Shown here: one piece after another, positions 38,981 to 50,900 of the stretch | Layout of the letters: every line of letters begins with the position of its first letter | How positions within the stretch are numbered: the stretch's first letter is position 1 | NCBI GenBank assembly: GCA_964106915.2 | Contig: OZ066917.1 | DNA: 64,000 nucleotides | Source of the DNA: Podarcis gaigeae | Lineage: Eukaryota | Direction: 5' to 3' (one strand) | The notes under the pieces: generated by a model | Seen by the model: only the letters and a program-made list of their open reading frames with translations | What the model was told of the DNA's origin: nothing | Databases searched by the model: none | Position numbers and translations under genes: made by a program

Positions 38981-41900
38981 GTGGTGGTGCTGATGCATAG
39001 GTTGCAAAGATGAAGGCTGAGATGGCTGTGCTGCAGAGAACCCAGGGGGCAACACTGCTTGTCCCATCAGCACTATAGCTGTACTGCTTCCGGAGGTTTG
39101 CTCTTCCAAACTTTGGAACGCTTGTAGGCTTTGAAAGTATCTATTCAAAGAAACAGTCCTAAGTTTTTCAGCCAAGAATTTGCAACTAAAACACTGGTGT
39201 CATACTGCAATGTATTATGGACAACGGTTGGGAGAAATAGCAGGTGCTGCTGCTGACTCAGGGACTATGCAGATATGCCGATCGTTGGGAGATGCATTGA
39301 AAAAGCCATACACATTCATTACTACACATAACTCCTGGGCATATATATTGTGCATACCTAGTGGCATCTTGGAAGTGGAGAAGGCTGACCTGGGGTGGGG
39401 CAGTGTAGGAAAAGGAAGAAGCTGATCAGAGGGTGATGCAACTAAGCATTTTTGTTTTAGTTGCTGCTACTGGGGTAGCCATGGGATGCGGGTGGCGCTG
39501 TGGGTTAAACCACAGAGCCTAGGACTTGCCGATCAGAAGGTTGGCGGTTTGAATCCCCATGATGGGGTGAGCTCCCGTTGCTCGGTCCCAGCTCCTGCCA
39601 ACCTAGCAGTTTGAAAGCACATCAAAGTGCAAGAAGATAAATAGGTACCGCTCCGGTGGGAAGGTAACCGGCATTTCCGTGCGCTGCTCTGGTTCGCCAG
39701 AAGCAGCTTAGTCATGCTGGCCACATGACCCAGAAGCTGTACGCCGGCTCCCTCGGCCAATAAAATGAGATGAGCGGCACAACCCCAGAGTCGGTCACGA
39801 CTGGACCTAATGGTCAGGGGTCCCTTTACCTTTTTACTGGGGCGGCCCAGAGGATTGAGAATATGTGGACACATCTTTAGAAATGGCGAGTTTATGGGTT
39901 AAAAGCAAAGAACCAGCCATAGGAGGTAAATTAGAAATTTCTGATACAATATCAGCAAGATAATGTTCCAAGTAGCAGGCTCCAGATTTCCTTGATTTCA
40001 CCAAACCTGGTCCCTTTCATTCTCCAGCTGGCATGACAGAACCCCAGTACATGATGGCAGGGCATTTTTCCAGCCAGAACCTGTTGGAACTCAGTTCCGG
40101 AGCCTCTCAGGTAGGTGCCATTGCCATTCTAAGAGAACAAGGGTGCTGTTCATGGTGAGTTCTGGCACCTCTTTTTCTGGCACAATGTACTGGGGCAACT
40201 GGGATCTGAAAAACCGTGCAATTGCGGGAGCTTGGCAGTGGGGCAGATAAGATATGGCAGGACAACATCTGGATTTTCAAAATATGGAGCCACCCTTAAT
40301 TCCATCTCTGACATAGACTGCTTAACTCAAGTACTACCTCTGGACGAGTTGCCGTTCTACCACCTCCATCTAAGTGGCATTTCTCAGTATAGGTTCAAAC
40401 CTTTCCTTCCTACCCCTGCCCCCAGTAACATGCTACATACTTAGCTTCGTGTCCAGTCACATCAACATCTGTTGTCTGCCTCGCATGGCAGGAACCAGGC
40501 ATCATTGGCTGAATAGGCTGACTGAGTAACAGTCTAGGAAACAGGAAATTAAATAATGTCAGTGAAGAATGACACTAACCTGCAGATACTGAAAGGGTTG
40601 GAAGGATTTTTTCCGTGTGAGGTAGTTGCATGCTCAGAAGCCAGTAGAGTTAAATCTGCAGTAGGCTCAAGGATAGAGTGTAATTAGTTGTAGTTAAAAA
40701 AAGGGTAGCTCAGGATTTACTATCAAATGTGGCCATTCTTATACAGTGGTACCTCTGCATGCAAACGGGATCCGTTCCGGTACCCGTTCGCATCCTGAAA
40801 CAAACGCAACCTGTGTCTGCGGGTTGCGATTCGCCGCTTCCGCACATGCGTGTGACGGTACATTGACCATCTGCACATGCGTGAGCAGCAAGACCTCGAA
40901 GTAACACACTGCATTACTTCCGGGTCGCCGTGGGGCGTAATCTGAAAACACTCAACCTGAAGCACATTTAACCCGAGGTATGACTGTACAAGGAGTTTCA
41001 TTCTTCTTAGGAGTGGATCTACATACTGTGGTTGGCAAACAAGGATCGCTGAAATTCCCTGTGGCAGATTATCTGCCACAGAGCTTGACTGTAACGTTTT
41101 CATGCTCTCAACCTGTGATGCAGTGGATGTTCCTGCCTCAAGTAACAGCCATCTTCTATGACAGTCCTGCATTCTGATGAAATCTAGTGAGCACTGGGCT
41201 ATTAGATTTTAAAGTTGGCTATTAGAGCTTCCATTCAGTTTGCCAGTCCAGAACATAAAGTAGGCTTTACACGCTTTCTTCTGCTCCAGGTAGTTTGAAA
41301 CGACGGCTAACTTTGTGTGGAGATGTAAGGTCCTCCCTCCCCCCCCTTCACATTATGTTTCCTACAGGGACATGTTTTCTATTTCAAGCTACTTATTGTT
41401 CCTTGTATTTTCTTTCCAGTCACCAGTTTAAAAAGTTTTTCAAAACTTTTCTTTCTCTTTTTAAGGCAAATACATAGCGCTAACATCATTTAGAGAAAAC
41501 AACAACTCACAAGTCTCGTATCTGAAGAACCCACAAGTCTGTATCTGAAGATGTGTATCTGAAGAAGTATGCATGCACATGAAAGCTCATACCAATAACT
41601 AACTCAGCTGGTCTCTAACATGCTACTGGAAGGAATTTTTTTTAAAAAATTAAATTTTATTTTGTTTCAACTACAGCAGACCAACATGGCTACCTACCTG
41701 TAACCCACAAGTCTGTTTGCTCCATCCCCATTCTGATACTGTTTTTAATACTGAATTTTTCATTTCTGTAACCCAACCCTGGAACCTTGTGGTAAAGGAT
41801 GAGTATGAAATTGAATAAACAATAATAGCACCACGTTCCTCTTTTTTTCTTTCAAGCTTACTAATAATCTAGCGCTGTAACTTGATAAAATGGAGTATTT

Positions 41901-44900
41901 TCTTAATGTTCAAAGTACAGTATTTACCTGTTATATAGTAATAAACTAAACACGCAAATTTAAATAGTGCCATTGTAAAAAATAGTATCTAATTCTTCAA
42001 CTTTTTTTTTTTAAAAGTAGGTTACTTCAATTATTTTACCTCAGTTGTCGATCATTACTGAAATCTGGAGTGCTCTGCTGGTGGCTGTTATCCTGTAGAA
42101 TGGCATCAGGTGGAGCTGTGCTCAAAGACTGTGGGAGCACAGAGGCATTGCTAAACTGTGAGGTTAAGCTTCTGGAAGATTGACAGCTATCCTGCATTCC
42201 TTGTGAGGCTCTTGCTGATTTCTGATCCTAGAACAGTTAAAAATAACAGCACCCACAGAAACAATAACCAAAAGCTTTGGGTACATTGTAAAAACACAAA
42301 GAATTAAGTTGTGAATTTTTTTTTGCCAAATTACCAGATCCAAATTTAGTTCATTCCATCCTCTCATAAAGGTGTAATTATGTAAAGTGACCGATAAGTA
42401 GGGAAATAAATTCATATTCATTGAATGTAGGTCTGGTAATTTACCTTTTTTAATTTTTTTTTTAAACAAGAATGGTGATTATGGGTAGGTAGAACAAACA
42501 CACAGATTCACACAAAGCTTACTGGAAAGAGCGAAAGGGCAGGCGATATTGCCGTAATACCTAAAGGCAAACAAGAACTACAGTACAAGAAATGCTGGAA
42601 GAACTAAATGAAGAATCAAAAGAAGTAGGATTTAAGATGAACCTAAGACTTAAAGTAATGTTTAAAGAAGAGAACATTTTTTCCACAAAAATATTGCTGT
42701 AAGACCATTGCAGGTCTGCTTACCTGGTTTGATAACACATTTTCTTCTCCTAACATCTGATGGTCTGTTGCTTGAGGAGCCGCAATCTGCTCTTGGAGAC
42801 AAGGCCTCGGAGGCCTCGGGACAACTTTCTGCTGAGAATCAACCGCTGGCTTCCCCTGAGGTTCTGGCTGCTGCATGCCGCTGAAATTCAGAGATGCTGT
42901 TGGCTGCTGTAAAAACATCTGGAAGAGAAAGGTGGTTCCTTTTTCAATTTCCTTGTTAGGCAAATCAATGGAAGAAATACATTCACAGTTCCAATTTCAA
43001 GTTGTCATATCTTAACGCTTATAAATGTGTATCGTTAGGGAGCTCAGCTTGATCCAGGCCTCAGTTGCTGAAAATGCTTTTAATGCTAGAAGACTGTGTG
43101 AAGTTGCTTGTGAGTACACAGAGAGTCCATTCCCCACACAATTGCATAAGCACAACCACCTTTCACACATCTGGGACTGTCAGAGAAGTTTCTACAGGGA
43201 ATGTCGCTTGTCACCTCTTTCCAAATCAAGCATTGGATAAGAATTGCTCAAATATTATGTGTGCAATGCACCTTAAACCAGCTGTGGAAGGACTGACACT
43301 GTTTAGAAAACCAAATCCACTATTCAGGAACAGAATACATTCGTCATCCTATTCACTCAGAAACCTGACATACATGTCTAATTCTTGCAAATATTTGAAG
43401 GTCAAACTAGATGTTACAAGCGAGCACATGTTACTAAATTGCAACTAACACTTGTGTTATGTACTGAAGTTTTCACCCTGGGCCAACAGGGGGATACTGT
43501 AGATAGTTATGCAAATGAAGGATCGAAAAGTGACGTTCAGTGATTGGATAGTTTTAGTTAATGGCAACAGTTGCATTGTTCTGGAGCTCTATATAAGCAG
43601 GCTGACTGAGCTCCTCAGCCGAGTTCTGTTCTGGCATCTGAATAAAGAAGAGCTGTTTAAAGAATCGCTGTGTCGTCTGACATGTTTGCCCACAACTTAA
43701 CACTGGCGACGAAGGTTTGGTTTATGGGAAATGAGCTTTCGGAGGGAGCAAATAAGAGCAGAGAAGTGATGGCTGCTGGTGGTAAACTCTTCCCTGTCCC
43801 CAGTTTTTCTGCTTCAAATTGTTTTCTTCTACTTCCCTCTCCATGGGATTCCAGGTGGGAAAATGTGTGTGCAACCTCACAGGGGAGAAAAGTCGTTATC
43901 AGGAAAGGGGGTTAAGCACACACACTTTTCTGCTGACATTATCCCCATCTCACCCCAAGATAGAAAAAGCTTCCACCAGAATTTTAGCAAATCTGTTCCT
44001 GTCCAATAAGTAGCTTGGTTGTTTATGGAAGACAATTTTTCTTGGCTACAAGTGATCACTGAAGAAGAAGAAGAAAGCCTCCAACAATCATATCCCTATA
44101 CTTTTTTCCTGAAAAGACAACTTCCTTTTGCCGGCTATGAAAACAGGGTGGATTGTGCCTCTGTCCAGAAAAAACTTCAAGATAATAGAAGAAGAAAAAT
44201 ATAAAGCATGAGGCTTCAACTTAAGGAATTCTAGCTATCTAGCAACATAAAAATGTTGAAAAACAAACGGAAATACAGAAGATGAGAAGCCATTGAAATG
44301 GAGCACGAGAGAGAGAGAACGTGTGTGCAAAGATCCTAAAACTAAGTGTGAGATTGTTGCCTCAGTACATATGCATGATCCCATGAGCTACGAAGATAGT
44401 ACAAACAAATACATTGGAACCTCGGTTTTCGAGTGTCTCAGAAATCGAACGTTTCAGCTTTCGAACGCCGAAAACCCAGAAGTAACTGCTTTGGTTTTCG
44501 AACAATTTTCGGAAGCTGAACGTGCCACGCAGCTTCCGTTTTGAGTTTCCCTGTTGTATTGAGGCTGCCACTTTCAGTTTTCGGACGTGTCAGAAACTGA
44601 ATGGTGTTCCCGAACAGATTACGTTCAAAAACCAAGGTTCCACTGTAATAGGAGTCATGCTGTTTAATTTCTGTACTGTGACAGATTGCCTCCAACCCAT
44701 CATATGATAATGAGCTTTCATCGTGATTTGCTTGTGGGGTGTTTATAAACCTTTCCATTATTCTCATTCATTCACTCACACTTTTCAATGCATTTCCCTG
44801 TCACTCTCCTAACAGCAAACAGTCCGTTGTTTTCTTTAAGTGCACTTGTTGCACTAGCCCACTTCTATTGTGCAAGACTAAATGCACTTGGAACCTCTCA

Positions 44901-47900
44901 TGCAAAATACTGATAGTCAGGCACCTCAAGAGTGTTAGCGTCAAAATCTTTCTCCTCAGAAAAGGACAACACCAAAGTGCCAACACAGAAAGTATCGGTA
45001 TTTCATTCACAGCGGCTTTGCCCAAGATTCTTACCATCCTGTCATGACTGGACCACTGAAATGCCACTGAATAGAAAGGATTCCTCCCCACACCCCCTTC
45101 AACATCGTAAACAAGTCTAAGTAGATAACGCCACCGCAGAATCTCACGACTACTTTTTCAGGGTGTCAAGACATGAGAAGAGTATTACTAATCTCTTCTA
45201 ATTGGCAGTCTCATTAGTATTCTCATGAAAGAAGCAAAAGACATGAAAGCACAACACCTCTTGCATCTAGAAACAGACAGCATCATATTAGGGAGACAAC
45301 GGAAGAAAGCTGTTCTATGGAAACCAGACATTTTAACCATCTGCGTTGATCGAACCAGGAAGCTCTTATCAACAGCAATTATTTTTACAATGTATCGGAA
45401 GCAAGGATGCCACGCTAAATTTATAGCTATGAGACATTTATTTCAAAGATACCTTTTCTAACAAACTGCTGAAGGTGACATTTTCCCTGTAAGGCTTGGT
45501 TCTACGCATATTATTTCCTTTCAACAATATTGCTGGGCTGCTTTTCTGCTACATGCCAAATATAGCCCCTTAATTCTCTTTTTGTGGTCCCAGCAAGTCT
45601 CTTCAAATTGCATTAATAAATTGCATACATTCCATGTAGCCCCATGACCAACGGACTCATTGTTAAAACCGTGTTTATGGAAGACAATCTTACTCGGCTA
45701 CGAGCGATCGCCAAAGAAGAAGAAGATATCCCTAACAGTGCTGTAAAAAGATAAAGGTAAGGGACCCCTGACAGTTAAGTCCAGTCGTGAACAACTGTGC
45801 GGTTGCGGCCACTAATCTCACTTTACTGGCCGAGGGAGCCGACATTTGTCCACAGAACGTTTTTCCGGGTCATGTGGCCAGCATGACTAAGCCACTTCTG
45901 GTGAAACCAGAGCAGCGCACGGAAACGCCGTTTACCTTCTCGCCGGAGCGATACCTTTTTATCTACTTGCACTTTGACGTGCTTTCGAACAGCTAGGTTG
46001 GCAGGAGCTGGGACTGAACAACGGGAGCTCACCCCGTTGCAGGGATTCAAACCACCGACCTTCCGATCGGCAAACCCTAGGCTCTGTGGTATAGACCACA
46101 GCGCCACCTGCGTCTGTAGCTACAGTTACAGTGCTGCAGCATGGGTTAAAATTGAGCTCTTGTGTTTCATTCTATATTTCTCTCTCTACAAGGTACTATT
46201 AAGGAATAATGACCATAAGTCTATCCCAGGGGTGGCCAACTTCCAAGAGACTGCAATCTACTCACAGAGTTAAAAACTGGCAGTTATCTACCCCCTTTTG
46301 GGGGGTTCAGGCAAAAAAAAAAGTTGTTGAGCTTTTTTTAGGAAGGAAAGCCCTGTTTTTGGTGGTTCATGTCATTTTATGGGTGCAGGGCAAAGATGTT
46401 GAGGGTTTTTTAGGGGAGCCAAAGTTTTTTAGCTTCTTTGCAGGGAGCCACTGATCTACCAGTGATCTACCACAGACTTCCAATGATCTACTGGTAGATC
46501 ATGATCTAGCTGCTGGACATGCCTGCTCTATCCAATCCTTTCATTTCTTTCACTCTTGAAGTCTCTGCTGAGTTTTTTGTCCTCCTTCAGTATGGATCAG
46601 TATGGTTGTTAGACTAACTGGAAGCATTAGGGTTAGGGTTAGTCCATTCTCTGCTATGTATCAGAAACAAAAGTGTAACCAAAGGGGCTCCTGACCAAAT
46701 GAATCTGGAAAGCTGCCTTATATGGAATCAGATCATAGGTTCATCTATCCCAGTATTTCCTGCTCCGACTGGCAACAGTTCTCTCAGGTCTCAGGCATAA
46801 GTCTTTGACAGCTTTGCTATTTCCTAAGTGAAAATGCCACAAATTGAACCTCAGACCACGCACCTACACTTTTCTCTTAAGTCTTTCAACGCCAATCCTC
46901 TTATTCTGTCATTGGGAACAGAGGGCTTCCAATACTACGTATTCCTATGTAAACTAGGGAAGTGGGGAACTGCAGGATGAATAGCTGGCAGAAGGTGTTG
47001 TTTTCCTGAGCCAGGTTCCGAAACCGGAAGTGAGCAAAATGCCCCTTGAAGAAGCAGGTGTGTAAGCTGGACTGCTGGATGCAGGAAACCCTTCTCTGTG
47101 GTGCATCAACCCTATGGTGCATCAAGATGATTTGGGCGTGGAAATATAGTTCTGCTCAAGAACTCTGCTACTCGCTTCAAGAAGCATTGTAAAACTCTAA
47201 GAGGTATCGTTTAAAGAAAACAGAAAAAAGGAGGGATGATAAATGACAATACAATTAAAGAAATGTCTATTGAATGGTAAAAATGGATGATTACCAGAGA
47301 AGCTGAAGGAAGACAAAAAATTGAATTTTGTTAAAATTAGGTAAAATTTGGATAATATTGTATGATTGTATTGAAAATTAATAAAAAATTATTTAAAAAA
47401 AAGAACTCTGCTACTCGCTGAATCAAGAGTAATTTGTCTGAAAAATACGTTCTCCCGCTAACCTGTATGTTGGAATCCTGCACGATGCACAGCTGTTCCT
47501 GGATTTTCTGCAACTCTTCCTGCTGCCACTGAATATTGGCTTGCAGTATTCGAGTCCTCTGCTCAAGCTGGTCTTTGATAGTTTGGAACATGTTAAACTG
47601 GGATGAGAGCTGAAACAAGAAAACCAAGAGCAATGTTACTTTTCTAGTAAGTACGGTAACTTTTGTTCCACGAGGCTGCTTTGCTGTATTTCTAAGAATA
47701 TTGGTACCTGCATTATACTACTGCTCTTGCATAAGGAACGGTGCACGTCCGAGACCTAGAAGCTGTAAGTAAAGCATTTTAAACTTACTTTGCAGTCTGT
47801 AGGGTTTCACTGAAAAAGTGGCAAAATGGGGGTCAGCTGAATGGAGTTAAAGAAGGTTTAATAACCTATTCCTATGCTTCATTAATATGCATAATGACTG

Positions 47901-50900
47901 GGTTTAATACTCTGCTACTGGGGCTCTCTATGTGCTAGCCCCATGTTTTTAAAAACAGGCACCAGCCATTTTTCTTTTTCTTTTAACCCACACATGGGGG
48001 TACCTAGAGGGTTAACTATAATTAATATCTTCTCTTAACAATTCCCATCGTTCGCAAGATAAGCACATACTGATTACTGGTGTTACAGCACTAATATCTC
48101 TTTGACCACAAGTGCAGACCACCTGTGGTCAAAATAATACAAGAGTGTGAAAGGAGGAGGCTTCAGCAAATATTCCTTGATAGCTAGAAAAAAGAGCCTC
48201 GACAGAAGAGTTAGAGCACCTATCTCTGATCATAATAACCCCAGTGTGTGTGTGTGTGTGTGCGCGCGCATTAATGTGTGTGTGTGTGTGTGTGTGTGTG
48301 TACCTTCCTCTCCATACAAGTGTCTTGCCAATTTTTTTTATTGTCTCTAACTTCAGGGGAACCAGTGGCAGAGAGGACTTCTTAGACATAGAAAAGCCCT
48401 TGATTCATCTAGACACTCCTGAGCATGCTCAAGAGGGTCATGTCATGCCAGTATGAATGGAAAAGTTTTGGTTTGCTATGCCTCCCAGTTCAATTAAGTG
48501 AAAACAAAAAAATCGTTTTACTCTCACTAACTTAAAACCCATTTAAAGCTCCTGTCCTCTGTCAGTCCTGTGTCCCAATGTATTTCATGGAACTTCTCTT
48601 AATGTTTCTGGAACTCTTTTTTCCCCTCTACCTTACCTGAGCAGCGGCAGGTTGGCTAGATCTCTGCAAGTCCTCCTGCATAGTGGGACTTCTTTGCAGG
48701 GAGGGAGACTCTGGGATGAGCTTTGTTCTTGTGGCTATAAAATAACATTTATTTACTAAATTACCATTTAGAACAGAGTTATTAAAAGTTTCTATTAATG
48801 TATACAAAAAGACTGGATCGCTGGAATGGCAATAAAGGAAGTTGACTATAGGACAAAACCACCAGCTTTTGTCAACCTGCACCCTCTAATTCTGGACTAC
48901 AGCTCTGGCTGGAGCAGATGGGAGCTGATATTGTAACCCGCTCTGAAATTGCATTCCAATAACTAGCAGGTAGTAAATGTTTCAAGTAAGACAATGCTCT
49001 GTTGTGTTAGAATTATCCTTTCTGTTGGTCATGATCCATGCGTGCAGGCCTGCGTTACACTTTCCGTACCATTCCGGCTTATACTGGCAGTAAGGTAAAG
49101 GTACCCCTGCCCGTACGGGCCAGTCGTGTCCGACTCTAGGGTTGTGCGCCCATCTCACTTAAGAGGCCGGGGGCCAGCGCTGTCCAGAGACACTTCCGGG
49201 TCACGTGGCCAGCGTGACGAAGCTGCTCTGGTGAGCCAGCACCAGCGCAGCACACGGAAACACCATTTACCTTCCCGCTATAAAGCGGTACCTATTTATC
49301 TACTTGCACTTAAGGGTGCTTTCGAACTGCTAGGTGGGCAGGAGCTGGGACTGAAAGATGAGAGCTCACCCCGCCGCGGGGATTCAAACCGCCGACCATG
49401 CGATCGGCAAGCCCTAGGCACTGAGGTTTTACCCACAGCACCACCCGCGTCCCTTTATACTGGCAGTATAACAGTACAAAATTCTCAGTTTCAAAGTAGT
49501 ATCTGCATAGAGATCACATCTGAAGGGCGGTTTACAAATTTAATAAATAATAACAACTTACATGCTGTGTCAGGCAAGGATGTAGGCAAAGATTTGTGTG
49601 AGCCCTGAGAGGATACAGAAAGAGTCTGACTGGTGTCGAGGATTGACGTGCCTAGTTCAAGAGCGTTAAAGTGCTGTTGAGGATCCAGTTCTGATCCACT
49701 GTCCTTAAAAAACAAAGCAAACATCCTAAACATTTCTGAAAGTTTCGAACTTACAAATGAGTTTGGTTATAAATCATTTGGTTTTATTGAGGGAGAGGTC
49801 TTTTTTCGGTATCAGCTATGCGCAGCACAACCCTATATACACACTTACTCAGAAGTAATTAAGAAATTCCCAGTGAGCTCAACTGTTCATTGGGACAGAA
49901 TACTGCCACCATGTTTCTCTGCTTCTGAAAGAATAGCACTGGCTGCCAACTAGCTAGCAGGCTAAATTGAAGGTGCTGTTACTGGTGTACTATGCCCTAT
50001 GCAGCTCGGAACAAGGATACATAAAAGATTGCCTCAACCTGTGCAGGACAGCATTGCATAGATGCAATTTCATCAGGTGGTCTGTTCCGCACAATGTCTG
50101 AATCATGCCTTTAATGTGGCAGCACCTGGCCTTCGGAACTCCCTGCTGTTACATATCACTCACGTGTCTTGTCTATTGTCTTTTCAGAGCCTACTGAAGA
50201 CCTTCCTTTCCCCACAAGCCTTTTGTGTAGAGTTGCTTATCCAAGTACTGGATTTGAAACTGTTTTTAGTGTATCTTTTAGGGTTTTATGTCTTCATTGT
50301 TAATTGATTTGAGATTGTTTCACATGAAGTGATTCATAAATTGAATTAATAACAACAACCTCAACAATAGCAATAATTACAATAACAATAATGTGTGTCT
50401 AGAATTGCAGTTTTAACTCCATGTGTCACATGGTTAAAGTGCACCCATTTTTTACAGTCTTCAGTATGCAATACAGCGTTTAACGTCACATCTAGCCTGG
50501 CCTTTTGTATCCACGTTTCTGAGCAACAGAAGCTTCAAGTAGTTTTCTGTAAGATACTCATAAAAGACTCAGTTATTAACTTCATTAAGCAGTGAAAATC
50601 ACAAGAACTCAGTCCTTAGATGCAGCTACTGTATAATCTGCTTTAATAGGAAGCTATGTACCCAGGAATGAGCCCAGGCCAATCCCCTGAGAACTTCAAA
50701 AGAAATGATTCTTAATTCTTGGCTTATAATGCATCTGCCTTTCATTGCCTGCTTCTTCCTATATGCTCTAGTATCAAATTCGCATATTCTTTCAATTTTA
50801 TAGTCAACCATGAGATTATGTGGGCAGGGGGGTTTGCTTGTCTGTCACCTCCCGTGATTGGTCCTTCAAAAATCAAAAGAGGTATACATCTGCACAACTG

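Noticed and set aside
48070-48410. Other candidates for NPAS2 exon 15
   Set aside because: They have in-frame stops or incompatible phase.
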